This document shows, piece by piece, positions 27,146 to 36,442 of a stretch of DNA of 64,000 nt. The notes beneath the pieces were generated by a model. It did no database searches. It had not been told where the DNA came from and saw only the letters and a program-made list of their open reading frames with translations. The position numbers and the translations under genes were made by a program. The stretch spans positions 20,671-84,670 of the forward strand of contig CAIOLF010000046.1 in the NCBI GenBank assembly GCA_903859075.1. Direction: 5' to 3'. Origin of the DNA: Candidatus Buchananbacteria bacterium. GTDB lineage: Bacteria > Patescibacteriota > Patescibacteriia > 2-01-FULL-39-33. Numbering within the stretch: the stretch's first letter is position 1; each line of letters begins with the position of its first letter.

Positions 27146-28765
27146 ATGTTGACTTTTAAGAAAATTAATCATCAGCTGATCAATAACCAGTTCCTTGCCG
27201 GATTGGTTGTTTTTTTAATCTCGCTTATCATCTTTTCTTATCTGCAATTTTATCCCGGCATCAACGACCCGGATGCCTTTTACCACGTCAAAATTGCCCA
27301 GCTGATGAGCCAGCGGGGACTGATTACCGATTTCCCCTGGATGCAATTTTCCACCTGGAAAGACGGCTTTGTCGACCACCATTTCCTCTACCACGTGCTG
27401 CTGATACCCTTTGTCAGTTTTTTGCCGCCGCTTATCGGCGGAAAAATCTTTCAGATCATTCTCTGCTCTTTAGCCGTACTCGCCTTTTATTGGATGTTAA
27501 AAAAACTAAAAATCAAAGCCGCTTTCTGGTTTACTCTCGTCTTATTCCTGGCGCCATCGCTGCTCTTTCGCGTCAGCTTGGTCAAGGCGCAGCCGCTATC
27601 GCTGATAATCCTTTTTATCGGCTTGCATTTTATTTTCAATAAAAAACATTTTTCGCTTTTTTTAACCTCGCTGATTTACGTCCTGAGCTACGGCGGCTGG
27701 ATTTTGCTGCCGATTTTTTCCGTGCTTTACGCGCTGGTCGCGGCCTTTGATCAAGCGCTCCAATCCCTGCCCCAATTGCCCAAAAGCTACTGGCGCGCCG
27801 GCTGGCAACTGCTGCTTCGCTCATTAAAAAATTTATTCTCTTCCAAACTGTTTTGGCCGCTGGCCGCCTTTTCCGGCGCGGCCGCCGGACTGATTATCAA
27901 CCCTTTCTTCCCGCAGAATATTAATTTTTACTGGGTGCATATTTTCAAAATCGGCCTAATCAACTATCAAAAATACGTCGGCGTCGGCGGCGAATGGTAT
28001 CCGCTGAACTTTTCCGATTTGGCCTACCACGCGCTTATCCCTTTACTGCTGGCGACTATCGGGGCCGGCCTGCTGTTGTTTTATTTCCGCTCCAGCCGCA
28101 CCCCGGCCAAATTCTTCCTACTAAGTTCTTTTTTGCTACTGCTTTTGACGCTTAAATCACAACGAAATATTGAATACTTAATTCCTTTTTTGGTCGCTTC
28201 CGCCGCCGGCTCGCTTAATCTTTTCTGGGAAAACCAGCAGGCCCAAAACTGCCTGCTTCAGCTGGCCGGCAAGCTGAAAAAACTTTTTCCTGAAGCTTGG
28301 GTCAAAAAAACTGCCTGGTCGTTGGCTATCGTCATGCTTCTTTGTCTGGGAATTTTCTGCTTAGTTGACGCCAAAAAAAGATTAACGGACACCTCATTTT
28401 CCTTTGACTATTTAGGCGGCGCTTCGCGCTATCTGGCGAGCCACAGCCAGCCGCGCGATCTGGTGCTAAACAGCAACTGGTCCTATTTCCCGATGCTGTT
28501 TTATCATAATGACAAAAATTATTACGTCATCGGGCTTGATCCGACATTCATGTATCTCTATGATAAAAATCTGCAGAAAAAGATGATTGATATTACTTTG
28601 GGTAAGAGATATGAAGAGGCCTACGGAATCATTAAAAATGAATTGCGGGCAAAATACGTCCAAGTGGAAGCGAAGAATACCCTGTTCAAAAGCATCTTGG
28701 ATAATAACTTCAAATTCAAGAAGGTTTATGAAGACGGTGAAGGAGCGATTTATGAAGTGCTATAA
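27146..28765 (+). CDS. Polytopic membrane protein, probable GT-C glycosyltransferase
   Basis: DPDAFYH first-loop motif, INPF.P, EWYP, C-terminal soluble domain (GLDPTFM). Confidence 0.65.
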   Translation: MLTFKKINHQLINNQFLAGLVVFLISLIIFSYLQFYPGINDPDAFYHVKIAQLMSQRGLITDFPWMQFSTWKDGFVDHHFLYHVLLIPFVSFLPPLIGGKIFQIILCSLAVLAFYWMLKKLKIKAAFWFTLVLFLAPSLLFRVSLVKAQPLSLIILFIGLHFIFNKKHFSLFLTSLIYVLSYGGWILLPIFSVLYALVAAFDQALQSLPQLPKSYWRAGWQLLLRSLKNLFSSKLFWPLAAFSGAAAGLIINPFFPQNINFYWVHIFKIGLINYQKYVGVGGEWYPLNFSDLAYHALIPLLLATIGAGLLLFYFRSSRTPAKFFLLSSFLLLLLTLKSQRNIEYLIPFLVASAAGSLNLFWENQQAQNCLLQLAGKLKKLFPEAWVKKTAWSLAIVMLLCLGIFCLVDAKKRLTDTSFSFDYLGGASRYLASHSQPRDLVLNSNWSYFPMLFYHNDKNYYVIGLDPTFMYLYDKNLQKKMIDITLGKRYEEAYGIIKNELRAKYVQVEAKNTLFKSILDNNFKFKKVYEDGEGAIYEVL

Positions 28766-28954
28766 TGTCCAAAACTATTGACAAAACACAAAAAGTATGC
28801 TATAATTATATTTATACTACCTTATTAGCAAATCTGTGATTTTAGCTAAAATATAATAAATAATCCCAAAGTAGCTAAGATTATAGGTTTGGAAATAATG
28901 TAATCAACAGTACAAATGGTCGACTGCCAAAGGCAGCGACTTAGGGAGAATACA

Positions 28955-29344
28955 ATGAAAATGAGTTCTTTCGCGATCCTGGCTGCTCTGGCGATGATCC
29001 TGGCACTGGGCAGTGGCTGTGCCACCAGCGGGCCGGAATACGAGCGGAGCGCCTTTCATCAGGTCGTCGCCGGCCTTGACCACCCTCTTCGTGAGGGCGT
29101 GGTCGAAAACGGGCGTGACTATTCGGTAACCGTTTCAATCGACGGTGGCCCAGAGAAGTCGATTCCGGCCAGGTGTTTTACCACAATGTGCGCTCATGCC
29201 AATGCTAAATCGCACTTCGTGGTGAAGGCGGGATCAAGAGTCGTCTATGACGGCTACTACCCCATCTACAACGAACCCCTGGGCCACCTGTACGTGATGC
29301 CCGGGGGAAAAGGCATGGATACCGGCTGGATCTTCGGGATCTAG
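28955..29344 (+). CDS. Hypothetical lipoprotein
   Basis: AGGGAG RBS; signal peptide with lipobox GSG-C. Confidence 0.6.
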   Translation: MKMSSFAILAALAMILALGSGCATSGPEYERSAFHQVVAGLDHPLREGVVENGRDYSVTVSIDGGPEKSIPARCFTTMCAHANAKSHFVVKAGSRVVYDGYYPIYNEPLGHLYVMPGGKGMDTGWIFGI

Positions 29345-29360
29345 CCACAACCGTAAAACA

Positions 29361-29402
29361 AAACCGCGGCGGGAAGCATGTTTGCGCTTCCCGCCGCGTT
29401 TC
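29361..29402. terminator. Bidirectional terminator
   Basis: CGCGGCGGGAAGC...GCTTCCCGCCGCG between convergent genes. Confidence 0.8.
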
Positions 29403-29419
29403 CTTTTCAAAAAATAATT

Positions 29420-29851
29420 TTATCCGGCCGTGCCCCCGGCAGCTGTCTTGCCAATCTGAGCGATTACGAAAGAGGTAATGGCATAAGCCATAAAAATAAT
29501 CACAATGGCGACAACGCCCTGAATGATGGTCTTTCTGGCTTTGGTAATTTTAGTTTCATCGCCTTGAGCCATCATCCACATGAATCCGGCGTAAATAACG
29601 ATGAGCACGAACACAACGCCGAGCAGTCCCAGTAAGACCCCAACCACATTGCCGATGGTCTTCGGCAGATTGGCGCCCTCACCGCCTAATTGCTGAAGTC
29701 CAGTGGCCGTAAGATTTCCTTCTATATTGGTCACAATATCGGCCGAGGCCGGATGTACCAGGCCTAGCCCCAAAACCGGCACGGCCAGGAACATAACCAC
29801 CATCAGAAAAGAAAATAGATGTTTTCTCTTTTCCTTTAATAATTTTTTCAT
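29420..29851 (-). CDS. VirB2/TrbC-like pilin (CPR type)
   Basis: Signal peptide, two TMs, YAGFMWMMAQGDETKITKARK motif. Confidence 0.82.
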   Translation of the reverse strand: MKKLLKEKRKHLFSFLMVVMFLAVPVLGLGLVHPASADIVTNIEGNLTATGLQQLGGEGANLPKTIGNVVGVLLGLLGVVFVLIVIYAGFMWMMAQGDETKITKARKTIIQGVVAIVIIFMAYAITSFVIAQIGKTAAGGTAG

Positions 29852-29953
29852 AGCTTTTTAGTTAATTTTATATTAATTATTTATTTTTACTTTCAATCAC
29901 TTAGGCGGACTGCCGCCTAAGCCATGAAAACAATCTATCTAAACTAGAAGATT

Positions 29954-30364
29954 CTATCTGAACTTGAAAATATTGACCACAAACGACGTAATACCATAAG
30001 AAAGCATGACAATAATAAACCCAGTGAGTGCCGTAATGATTATATTGCGAGCTGATTTTATTTTTGTCTCGTCGCCGCGAGCCAGCATCCACATTACTCC
30101 GGCATAAATCGTCAAGACCAGAAAAAGAACTCCGATACCGGCCAGCACTGTTTTAATCACATTGCCGACAAAACTCGGCAGACTGGTCGATCTATCCAGA
30201 CCGGTGCCGGCGACCGCTCTCCTCAGTCCGGAAATCGGATTTACCGTGTCCGCGGCATAAACGGCGGTAAAACAAAAAATCCCTACAAGCAGAAAAAACA
30301 GCAAGGTGCTCAAAAAACGATAATTGATTTTATTTTTCCAAAGCATTTTTCTGGGTTTAATCAA
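29954..30364 (-). CDS. VirB2/TrbC-like pilin (CPR type)
   Basis: YAGVMWMLARGDETKIKSARN motif; exact start uncertain. Confidence 0.8.
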   Translation of the reverse strand: MIKPRKMLWKNKINYRFLSTLLFFLLVGIFCFTAVYAADTVNPISGLRRAVAGTGLDRSTSLPSFVGNVIKTVLAGIGVLFLVLTIYAGVMWMLARGDETKIKSARNIIITALTGFIIVMLSYGITSFVVNIFKFR

Positions 30365-30403
30365 GGGGGGCGTAAAAACGCCCCCTTTGTTAAATTATAT
30401 TTA

Positions 30404-30781
30404 TTACACTGTGGCGTTGCTCTGGGCAGCCAAGCTGCCAATAACAAATTGGGCGATGGCGAAAGCGGCAAAAATAACCACCAAACCGATAATACCGGCG
30501 ATGATGAGTTTTTTGGCTTTGGTCACCTTTTCTTCGTTGCCGGCAGCAGTCATCCACATAAAACCGCCGTAAAGGATGATAAGAACCGCTACGACGCCGA
30601 GCAATCCCATAATGACATTGACGATGCCGCCAATCATCGGGACAAATTCCGCAGTGCCGCCTCCGGCTGCTTCTCTGAAATTTGTAAAGTTCTCACTTTG
30701 GGCAAAAACGATGGCTGGCATAATGAAGGCCATAACAGCCGCGGAAATCGCAGAAATCTTAATTAAAGCTAATTTTTTCAT
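30404..30781 (-). CDS. VirB2/TrbC-like pilin (candidate major pilin)
   Basis: YGGFMWMTAAGNEEKVTKAKK motif; AAAGGGGGTG RBS; downstream hairpin at ~30362-30388. Confidence 0.85.
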   Translation of the reverse strand: MKKLALIKISAISAAVMAFIMPAIVFAQSENFTNFREAAGGGTAEFVPMIGGIVNVIMGLLGVVAVLIILYGGFMWMTAAGNEEKVTKAKKLIIAGIIGLVVIFAAFAIAQFVIGSLAAQSNATV

Positions 30782-30926
30782 GTTGTCACCCCCTTTCTTG
30801 GCCTCGCTTTATAAAAAAAATTATTAGCGAGAGTTGTTATTTATATACTAATTATAAAACATTCTGCTGATTTAAGCCACTATTTATCCACACTAAAACA
30901 AAAAAAATGCGCCTAATTTGGAGCAA

Positions 30927-31292
30927 TTATCTCGCCGAAGCTCCCGGCGTCGGATAGCCGAAGGCGTTGAAAACAAGCACCAAGATGCTATAAGAGGCAA
31001 AAATAATCACCAGACCGGCCACCGCCCAGATCATGGTTTTTTTGGCTTTGGTAATCTTTCCGGCATCGCCGCCGGAAGTCATCCAAGTAAATCCCGCCCA
31101 AATAAAAGCCAGTAAAGCGATTACGCCCAACATTCCCAGCGTGACATTGAGGGCATTGCTTAGCATCGCCGATAAGTCCGCTGCCGGAGCTGCCGGATGA
31201 TAAGTAACGCTGTCCGCCTGGGCATGGACCGTACCGGCAAACGCTAGCCAGGAAACAGTCGAGGTAAACGATGCTAAGAAAAATTTCTTCAT
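30927..31292 (-). CDS. VirB2/TrbC-like pilin (CPR type)
   Basis: WAGFTWMTSGGDAGKITKAKK motif. Confidence 0.82.
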   Translation of the reverse strand: MKKFFLASFTSTVSWLAFAGTVHAQADSVTYHPAAPAADLSAMLSNALNVTLGMLGVIALLAFIWAGFTWMTSGGDAGKITKAKKTMIWAVAGLVIIFASYSILVLVFNAFGYPTPGASAR

Positions 31293-31299
31293 AGAATAA

Positions 31300-31779
31300 T
31301 TATTGGCCGCCGCACTTATACGTCTGCAAACTGCTGCTTTTTGTCATTGCGCTCAAAGCGCTAGGAAAAGCGCCGGAAGGAGAGCTGCCGTAGAAAGCAA
31401 AAACTAAAGTGTTGGCCAAGGTCCAAGAAGCAAAAATTATCAGCAGGCCGACCAGAGTGGCAATGATGATATTTTTCCCCATAGTAATGCGATCGCTGCC
31501 ATAAGCGGTGATCATTATGATGCCGCCGATAATAAACATCAAAATGGCAATCGCTCCCGAGAAAGAAACAATCATGTCCGACGCATTAACGCCCACCTGA
31601 ATTAGATCGCAGGGGGTGCAATTGCCGGTGCCAATGCAGCCAGGGCTGACCCCTTGCATTAAGTAGGCGCCGCTGCCTGCGCCGCCTTCGTCCGCAGCGC
31701 CAGCCGCTGAGGCCAAAAAAACATTAGCGCCAAGAATCAGGCTCATAACGATTAACATTGTCGCTGCTATTTTTTTCAT
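31300..31779 (-). CDS. VirB2/TrbC-like pilin with Cys-rich N-terminal loop
   Basis: CIGTGNCTPCD, then GGIIMITAYG..ITMGK.II..LVGL.I motif. Confidence 0.78.
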   Translation of the reverse strand: MKKIAATMLIVMSLILGANVFLASAAGAADEGGAGSGAYLMQGVSPGCIGTGNCTPCDLIQVGVNASDMIVSFSGAIAILMFIIGGIIMITAYGSDRITMGKNIIIATLVGLLIIFASWTLANTLVFAFYGSSPSGAFPSALSAMTKSSSLQTYKCGGQ

Positions 31780-31792
31780 AAGTCAAGGTTAC

Positions 31793-33211
31793 TTATTTTT
31801 TCGCCGGCGGGATCGGATCGGGAAGATTCTGCTCAGTGTCCACCGTCTGGGCGATTTTTTCCAACGCTATGCTCAGAATATCTTTTATCTGCCTGGGATC
31901 GGTTGCCGCCAGATATTTGTCGATCATCTCCGCGAAAGCGGCTTCGGCTGCCTTCGGCTCTTTGCCCTTATACCAAGTCTTGGCCGTCAAAATCTGGGAA
32001 ACTGAAGGGTATAAATCCTGATCTTCGATTTGCTTTTCGATTAATTTTTTGAGCGCCGTCGGACGCTTGGTCTTGTCTAAGAATTTTTTGGCCTCCGCGT
32101 CCTTGGTGGTGGCAAAAAGCACAAAATCCCAGGCTTCATCTTTATATTTCGTTTTTTTAGAAACCGACTCCACCCAATAATCGGCATAATTAGCCGTGGG
32201 GTTGCCGGGAATCTGGGGGATCGGCGCGATAGTAAAATTAAGCTTGGGAGCGCGAGCCCGGATAATCGGAATTTGAAAATTATAATCAAGGATAAAAGCC
32301 GTTTTTCCCGAAAGAAAAGTCTCAAAAGCGCTGCTGGCCATGGAGCCGTTCCAGCTGTAAACGCCCTTTAAGGGATTGGCAAAATCAGTATAAAACTGCA
32401 AAGCTACCTGTCCCTCGCTCTCCTTCTCGCCCTTTTTGGGAGTAAAAAATGTCGGTTGTCCCAAGGGGCCGGCCATCTGGGCGCCGTTCTGCATCATTAA
32501 GACGGAAAGGATGTCAAAACTTTGCTCGACGTTGGCGCCGGTACCCAAGGCCGCGCCCGAGAGAATAATATTATTATCCTGATCTATCTTGGTTATTTTT
32601 TGGACTGCCTGCTGAAATGATTTCCAATCAGCCGGCACCTGGGAGATTCCGGCCTGATTAAGAATGTCTTTATTATAAAACATTATCAAACTCTCCAAGC
32701 TCAGCGGCAAGCCGTAGACTTGCTGACGCAAAATAACGTCATCAGCGACAGTATCAGCGAACAATTCTTTAAGCTGACGCAGGCTGGGCGTCGGTGAAGT
32801 CTTGAGAGTGACAACCGTTTCCTTTTTAATCGTGCCTTGAATTTCTGAATAAGCCATGGTTAACTGGGACGGCATCGGCTCGATCTTGGCCTGATAACTT
32901 CTTATCCAACTCTGAGGGATGGAGAAAATGTCCGGCCCGCGATCCTCGGCTAAAGCATTTAAAAGCTCCGTCTCGTACTCCTCATAACGGAATTTGCGGT
33001 AATTAATCCTGATATTGGGGTGAGCCGTCTGATAATCCTTGATAATATCAGTAAAAGAATCGTCATCATCCCAAACACGCCAATAATTAAGAGTGATATC
33101 TTTCATTTTTTCCTGGGTCTGCTGATCCTGGAGCTTGCAGCCGAAGCCGGAAGTTATTAAGAAAACGGCTATGAGCGATAAACTTAATATGCGGGAATAG
33201 CTATTCTTCAT
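31793..33211 (-). CDS. Extracellular solute-binding lipoprotein (family 1, sugar-type)
   Basis: Lipobox GFG-C, GPDIFSI, VYGLP, MFYNKDIL, P.DW, EAWDFV. Confidence 0.88.
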   Translation of the reverse strand: MKNSYSRILSLSLIAVFLITSGFGCKLQDQQTQEKMKDITLNYWRVWDDDDSFTDIIKDYQTAHPNIRINYRKFRYEEYETELLNALAEDRGPDIFSIPQSWIRSYQAKIEPMPSQLTMAYSEIQGTIKKETVVTLKTSPTPSLRQLKELFADTVADDVILRQQVYGLPLSLESLIMFYNKDILNQAGISQVPADWKSFQQAVQKITKIDQDNNIILSGAALGTGANVEQSFDILSVLMMQNGAQMAGPLGQPTFFTPKKGEKESEGQVALQFYTDFANPLKGVYSWNGSMASSAFETFLSGKTAFILDYNFQIPIIRARAPKLNFTIAPIPQIPGNPTANYADYWVESVSKKTKYKDEAWDFVLFATTKDAEAKKFLDKTKRPTALKKLIEKQIEDQDLYPSVSQILTAKTWYKGKEPKAAEAAFAEMIDKYLAATDPRQIKDILSIALEKIAQTVDTEQNLPDPIPPAKK

Positions 33212-33214
33212 AAA

Positions 33215-33260
33215 AATGTCTTAAATTATAATGTCTTAAATTATAATGTCTTAAATTATA
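33215..33260. repeat. Tandem repeat, 15 bp x3
   Basis: AATGTCTTAAATTAT three times, plus a degenerate fourth copy. Confidence 0.9.
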
Positions 33261-33346
33261 AAAAATGCCCTAAATGATCGTGCCTGGCCTCAGCAATTCA
33301 TTAATTTTATTATAGCATATTTACGCGTATAATAAAAAATATCTCC

Positions 33347-33375
33347 TTGACAAAAATAAAGTCGCCTTGTATACT
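33347..33375 (+). promoter_or_regulatory. sigma70 promoter for the 129-aa ORF
   Basis: TTGACA-17 nt-TATACT. Confidence 0.65.
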
Positions 33376-33434
33376 AATTTTTGGTCGCTCAGTACAGGCG
33401 GCTGTAGTGTAAGTCAAATCAAGGAGAAATAGGC

Positions 33435-33824
33435 ATGGCGAGTAAAAAGACGAATGTATGGGAAACAATCATGGCCTCGTTAAATGAGGACGAGGACGCC
33501 GCGGTCTGGCAAAAGCTGCCCAAGGACGATGATGCCGGACTGCCTAGCGGGATCCACGCCTGGCAAATCAACTTGGCCCTAATGAGAATAATCCGGGCCA
33601 GTGATCCGCCCAAACGCCTGCACCGGCGCCTGGTGCTCGCGGTAATCCATAACTCGGCCATTAACGCCGACGAGACGCAGTATCGGGCTGAGGCGGCCAA
33701 AGTCATCCGGCTGCTCTTGGGCCGAGAATTGCTGCAAGACGCCCTCGATGAGGCAGTCGGCGACAAGCGAGACAACTTGGCCGCTCTTCGAGACGAAGTT
33801 ATCCAATTGGACGTGGGGAAGTAG
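33435..33824 (+). CDS. Hypothetical protein (129 aa) next to the palindrome centre
   Basis: AAGGAG RBS, promoter upstream, hairpin downstream. Confidence 0.7.
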   Translation: MASKKTNVWETIMASLNEDEDAAVWQKLPKDDDAGLPSGIHAWQINLALMRIIRASDPPKRLHRRLVLAVIHNSAINADETQYRAEAAKVIRLLLGRELLQDALDEAVGDKRDNLAALRDEVIQLDVGK

Positions 33825-33852
33825 AACGACGGGGATACCTCCCTTATGACAC

Positions 33853-33882
33853 AAAAGGTTCGGACTTAAGTCCGAACCTTTT
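33853..33882. terminator. Terminator-like hairpin forming the palindrome centre
   Basis: AAAAGGTTCGGACTT|AAGTCCGAACCTTTT, ~30 nt after a stop codon. Confidence 0.65.
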
Positions 33883-33910
33883 GTGTCATAAGGGAGGTAT
33901 CCCCGTCGTT

Positions 33911-34300
33911 CTACTTCCCCACGTCCAATTGGATAACTTCGTCTCGAAGAGCGGCCAAGTTGTCTCGCTTGTCGCCGACTGCCTCATCGAGGGCGTCTTG
34001 CAGCAATTCTCGGCCCAAGAGCAGCCGGATGACTTTGGCCGCCTCAGCCCGATACTGCGTCTCGTCGGCGTTAATGGCCGAGTTATGGATTACCGCGAGC
34101 ACCAGGCGCCGGTGCAGGCGTTTGGGCGGATCACTGGCCCGGATTATTCTCATTAGGGCCAAGTTGATTTGCCAGGCGTGGATCCCGCTAGGCAGTCCGG
34201 CATCATCGTCCTTGGGCAGCTTTTGCCAGACCGCGGCGTCCTCGTCCTCATTTAACGAGGCCATGATTGTTTCCCATACATTCGTCTTTTTACTCGCCAT
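33911..34300 (-). CDS. Mirror copy: hypothetical 129-aa protein
   Basis: Identical to 33435..33824. Confidence 0.7.
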   Translation of the reverse strand: MASKKTNVWETIMASLNEDEDAAVWQKLPKDDDAGLPSGIHAWQINLALMRIIRASDPPKRLHRRLVLAVIHNSAINADETQYRAEAAKVIRLLLGRELLQDALDEAVGDKRDNLAALRDEVIQLDVGK

Positions 34301-34474
34301 GCCTATTTCTCCTTGATTTGACTTACACTACAGCCGCCTGTACTGAGCGACCAAAAATTAGTATACAAGGCGACTTTATTTTTGTCAAGGAGATATTTTT
34401 TATTATACGCGTAAATATGCTATAATAAAATTAATGAATTGCTGAGGCCAGGCACGATCATTTAGGGCATTTTT

Positions 34475-34520
34475 TATAATTTAAGACATTATAATTTAAG
34501 ACATTATAATTTAAGACATT
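34475..34520. repeat. Mirror copy: 15 bp x3 tandem repeat
   Basis: Reverse complement of 33215..33260. Confidence 0.9.
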
Positions 34521-34523
34521 TTT

Positions 34524-35942
34524 ATGAAGAATAGCTATTCCCGCATATTAAGTTTATCGCTCATAGCCGTTTTCTTAATAACTTCCGGCTTCGGCTGCAA
34601 GCTCCAGGATCAGCAGACCCAGGAAAAAATGAAAGATATCACTCTTAATTATTGGCGTGTTTGGGATGATGACGATTCTTTTACTGATATTATCAAGGAT
34701 TATCAGACGGCTCACCCCAATATCAGGATTAATTACCGCAAATTCCGTTATGAGGAGTACGAGACGGAGCTTTTAAATGCTTTAGCCGAGGATCGCGGGC
34801 CGGACATTTTCTCCATCCCTCAGAGTTGGATAAGAAGTTATCAGGCCAAGATCGAGCCGATGCCGTCCCAGTTAACCATGGCTTATTCAGAAATTCAAGG
34901 CACGATTAAAAAGGAAACGGTTGTCACTCTCAAGACTTCACCGACGCCCAGCCTGCGTCAGCTTAAAGAATTGTTCGCTGATACTGTCGCTGATGACGTT
35001 ATTTTGCGTCAGCAAGTCTACGGCTTGCCGCTGAGCTTGGAGAGTTTGATAATGTTTTATAATAAAGACATTCTTAATCAGGCCGGAATCTCCCAGGTGC
35101 CGGCTGATTGGAAATCATTTCAGCAGGCAGTCCAAAAAATAACCAAGATAGATCAGGATAATAATATTATTCTCTCGGGCGCGGCCTTGGGTACCGGCGC
35201 CAACGTCGAGCAAAGTTTTGACATCCTTTCCGTCTTAATGATGCAGAACGGCGCCCAGATGGCCGGCCCCTTGGGACAACCGACATTTTTTACTCCCAAA
35301 AAGGGCGAGAAGGAGAGCGAGGGACAGGTAGCTTTGCAGTTTTATACTGATTTTGCCAATCCCTTAAAGGGCGTTTACAGCTGGAACGGCTCCATGGCCA
35401 GCAGCGCTTTTGAGACTTTTCTTTCGGGAAAAACGGCTTTTATCCTTGATTATAATTTTCAAATTCCGATTATCCGGGCTCGCGCTCCCAAGCTTAATTT
35501 TACTATCGCGCCGATCCCCCAGATTCCCGGCAACCCCACGGCTAATTATGCCGATTATTGGGTGGAGTCGGTTTCTAAAAAAACGAAATATAAAGATGAA
35601 GCCTGGGATTTTGTGCTTTTTGCCACCACCAAGGACGCGGAGGCCAAAAAATTCTTAGACAAGACCAAGCGTCCGACGGCGCTCAAAAAATTAATCGAAA
35701 AGCAAATCGAAGATCAGGATTTATACCCTTCAGTTTCCCAGATTTTGACGGCCAAGACTTGGTATAAGGGCAAAGAGCCGAAGGCAGCCGAAGCCGCTTT
35801 CGCGGAGATGATCGACAAATATCTGGCGGCAACCGATCCCAGGCAGATAAAAGATATTCTGAGCATAGCGTTGGAAAAAATCGCCCAGACGGTGGACACT
35901 GAGCAGAATCTTCCCGATCCGATCCCGCCGGCGAAAAAATAA
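34524..35942 (+). CDS. Mirror copy: extracellular solute-binding lipoprotein
   Basis: Identical to 31793..33211. Confidence 0.88.
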   Translation: MKNSYSRILSLSLIAVFLITSGFGCKLQDQQTQEKMKDITLNYWRVWDDDDSFTDIIKDYQTAHPNIRINYRKFRYEEYETELLNALAEDRGPDIFSIPQSWIRSYQAKIEPMPSQLTMAYSEIQGTIKKETVVTLKTSPTPSLRQLKELFADTVADDVILRQQVYGLPLSLESLIMFYNKDILNQAGISQVPADWKSFQQAVQKITKIDQDNNIILSGAALGTGANVEQSFDILSVLMMQNGAQMAGPLGQPTFFTPKKGEKESEGQVALQFYTDFANPLKGVYSWNGSMASSAFETFLSGKTAFILDYNFQIPIIRARAPKLNFTIAPIPQIPGNPTANYADYWVESVSKKTKYKDEAWDFVLFATTKDAEAKKFLDKTKRPTALKKLIEKQIEDQDLYPSVSQILTAKTWYKGKEPKAAEAAFAEMIDKYLAATDPRQIKDILSIALEKIAQTVDTEQNLPDPIPPAKK

Positions 35943-35955
35943 GTAACCTTGACTT

Positions 35956-36435
35956 ATGAAAAAAATAGCAGCGACAATGTTAATCGTTATGAGCCTGATT
36001 CTTGGCGCTAATGTTTTTTTGGCCTCAGCGGCTGGCGCTGCGGACGAAGGCGGCGCAGGCAGCGGCGCCTACTTAATGCAAGGGGTCAGCCCTGGCTGCA
36101 TTGGCACCGGCAATTGCACCCCCTGCGATCTAATTCAGGTGGGCGTTAATGCGTCGGACATGATTGTTTCTTTCTCGGGAGCGATTGCCATTTTGATGTT
36201 TATTATCGGCGGCATCATAATGATCACCGCTTATGGCAGCGATCGCATTACTATGGGGAAAAATATCATCATTGCCACTCTGGTCGGCCTGCTGATAATT
36301 TTTGCTTCTTGGACCTTGGCCAACACTTTAGTTTTTGCTTTCTACGGCAGCTCTCCTTCCGGCGCTTTTCCTAGCGCTTTGAGCGCAATGACAAAAAGCA
36401 GCAGTTTGCAGACGTATAAGTGCGGCGGCCAATAA
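35956..36435 (+). CDS. Mirror copy: pilin
   Basis: Identical to 31300..31779. Confidence 0.78.
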   Translation: MKKIAATMLIVMSLILGANVFLASAAGAADEGGAGSGAYLMQGVSPGCIGTGNCTPCDLIQVGVNASDMIVSFSGAIAILMFIIGGIIMITAYGSDRITMGKNIIIATLVGLLIIFASWTLANTLVFAFYGSSPSGAFPSALSAMTKSSSLQTYKCGGQ

Positions 36436-36442
36436 TTATTCT

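Noticed and set aside
33321-33333. TTACGCGTATAAT resembling the N15 telRL core
   Set aside because: Short, ~540 bp from the symmetry axis, and adequately explained as promoter sequence in a divergent intergenic region.
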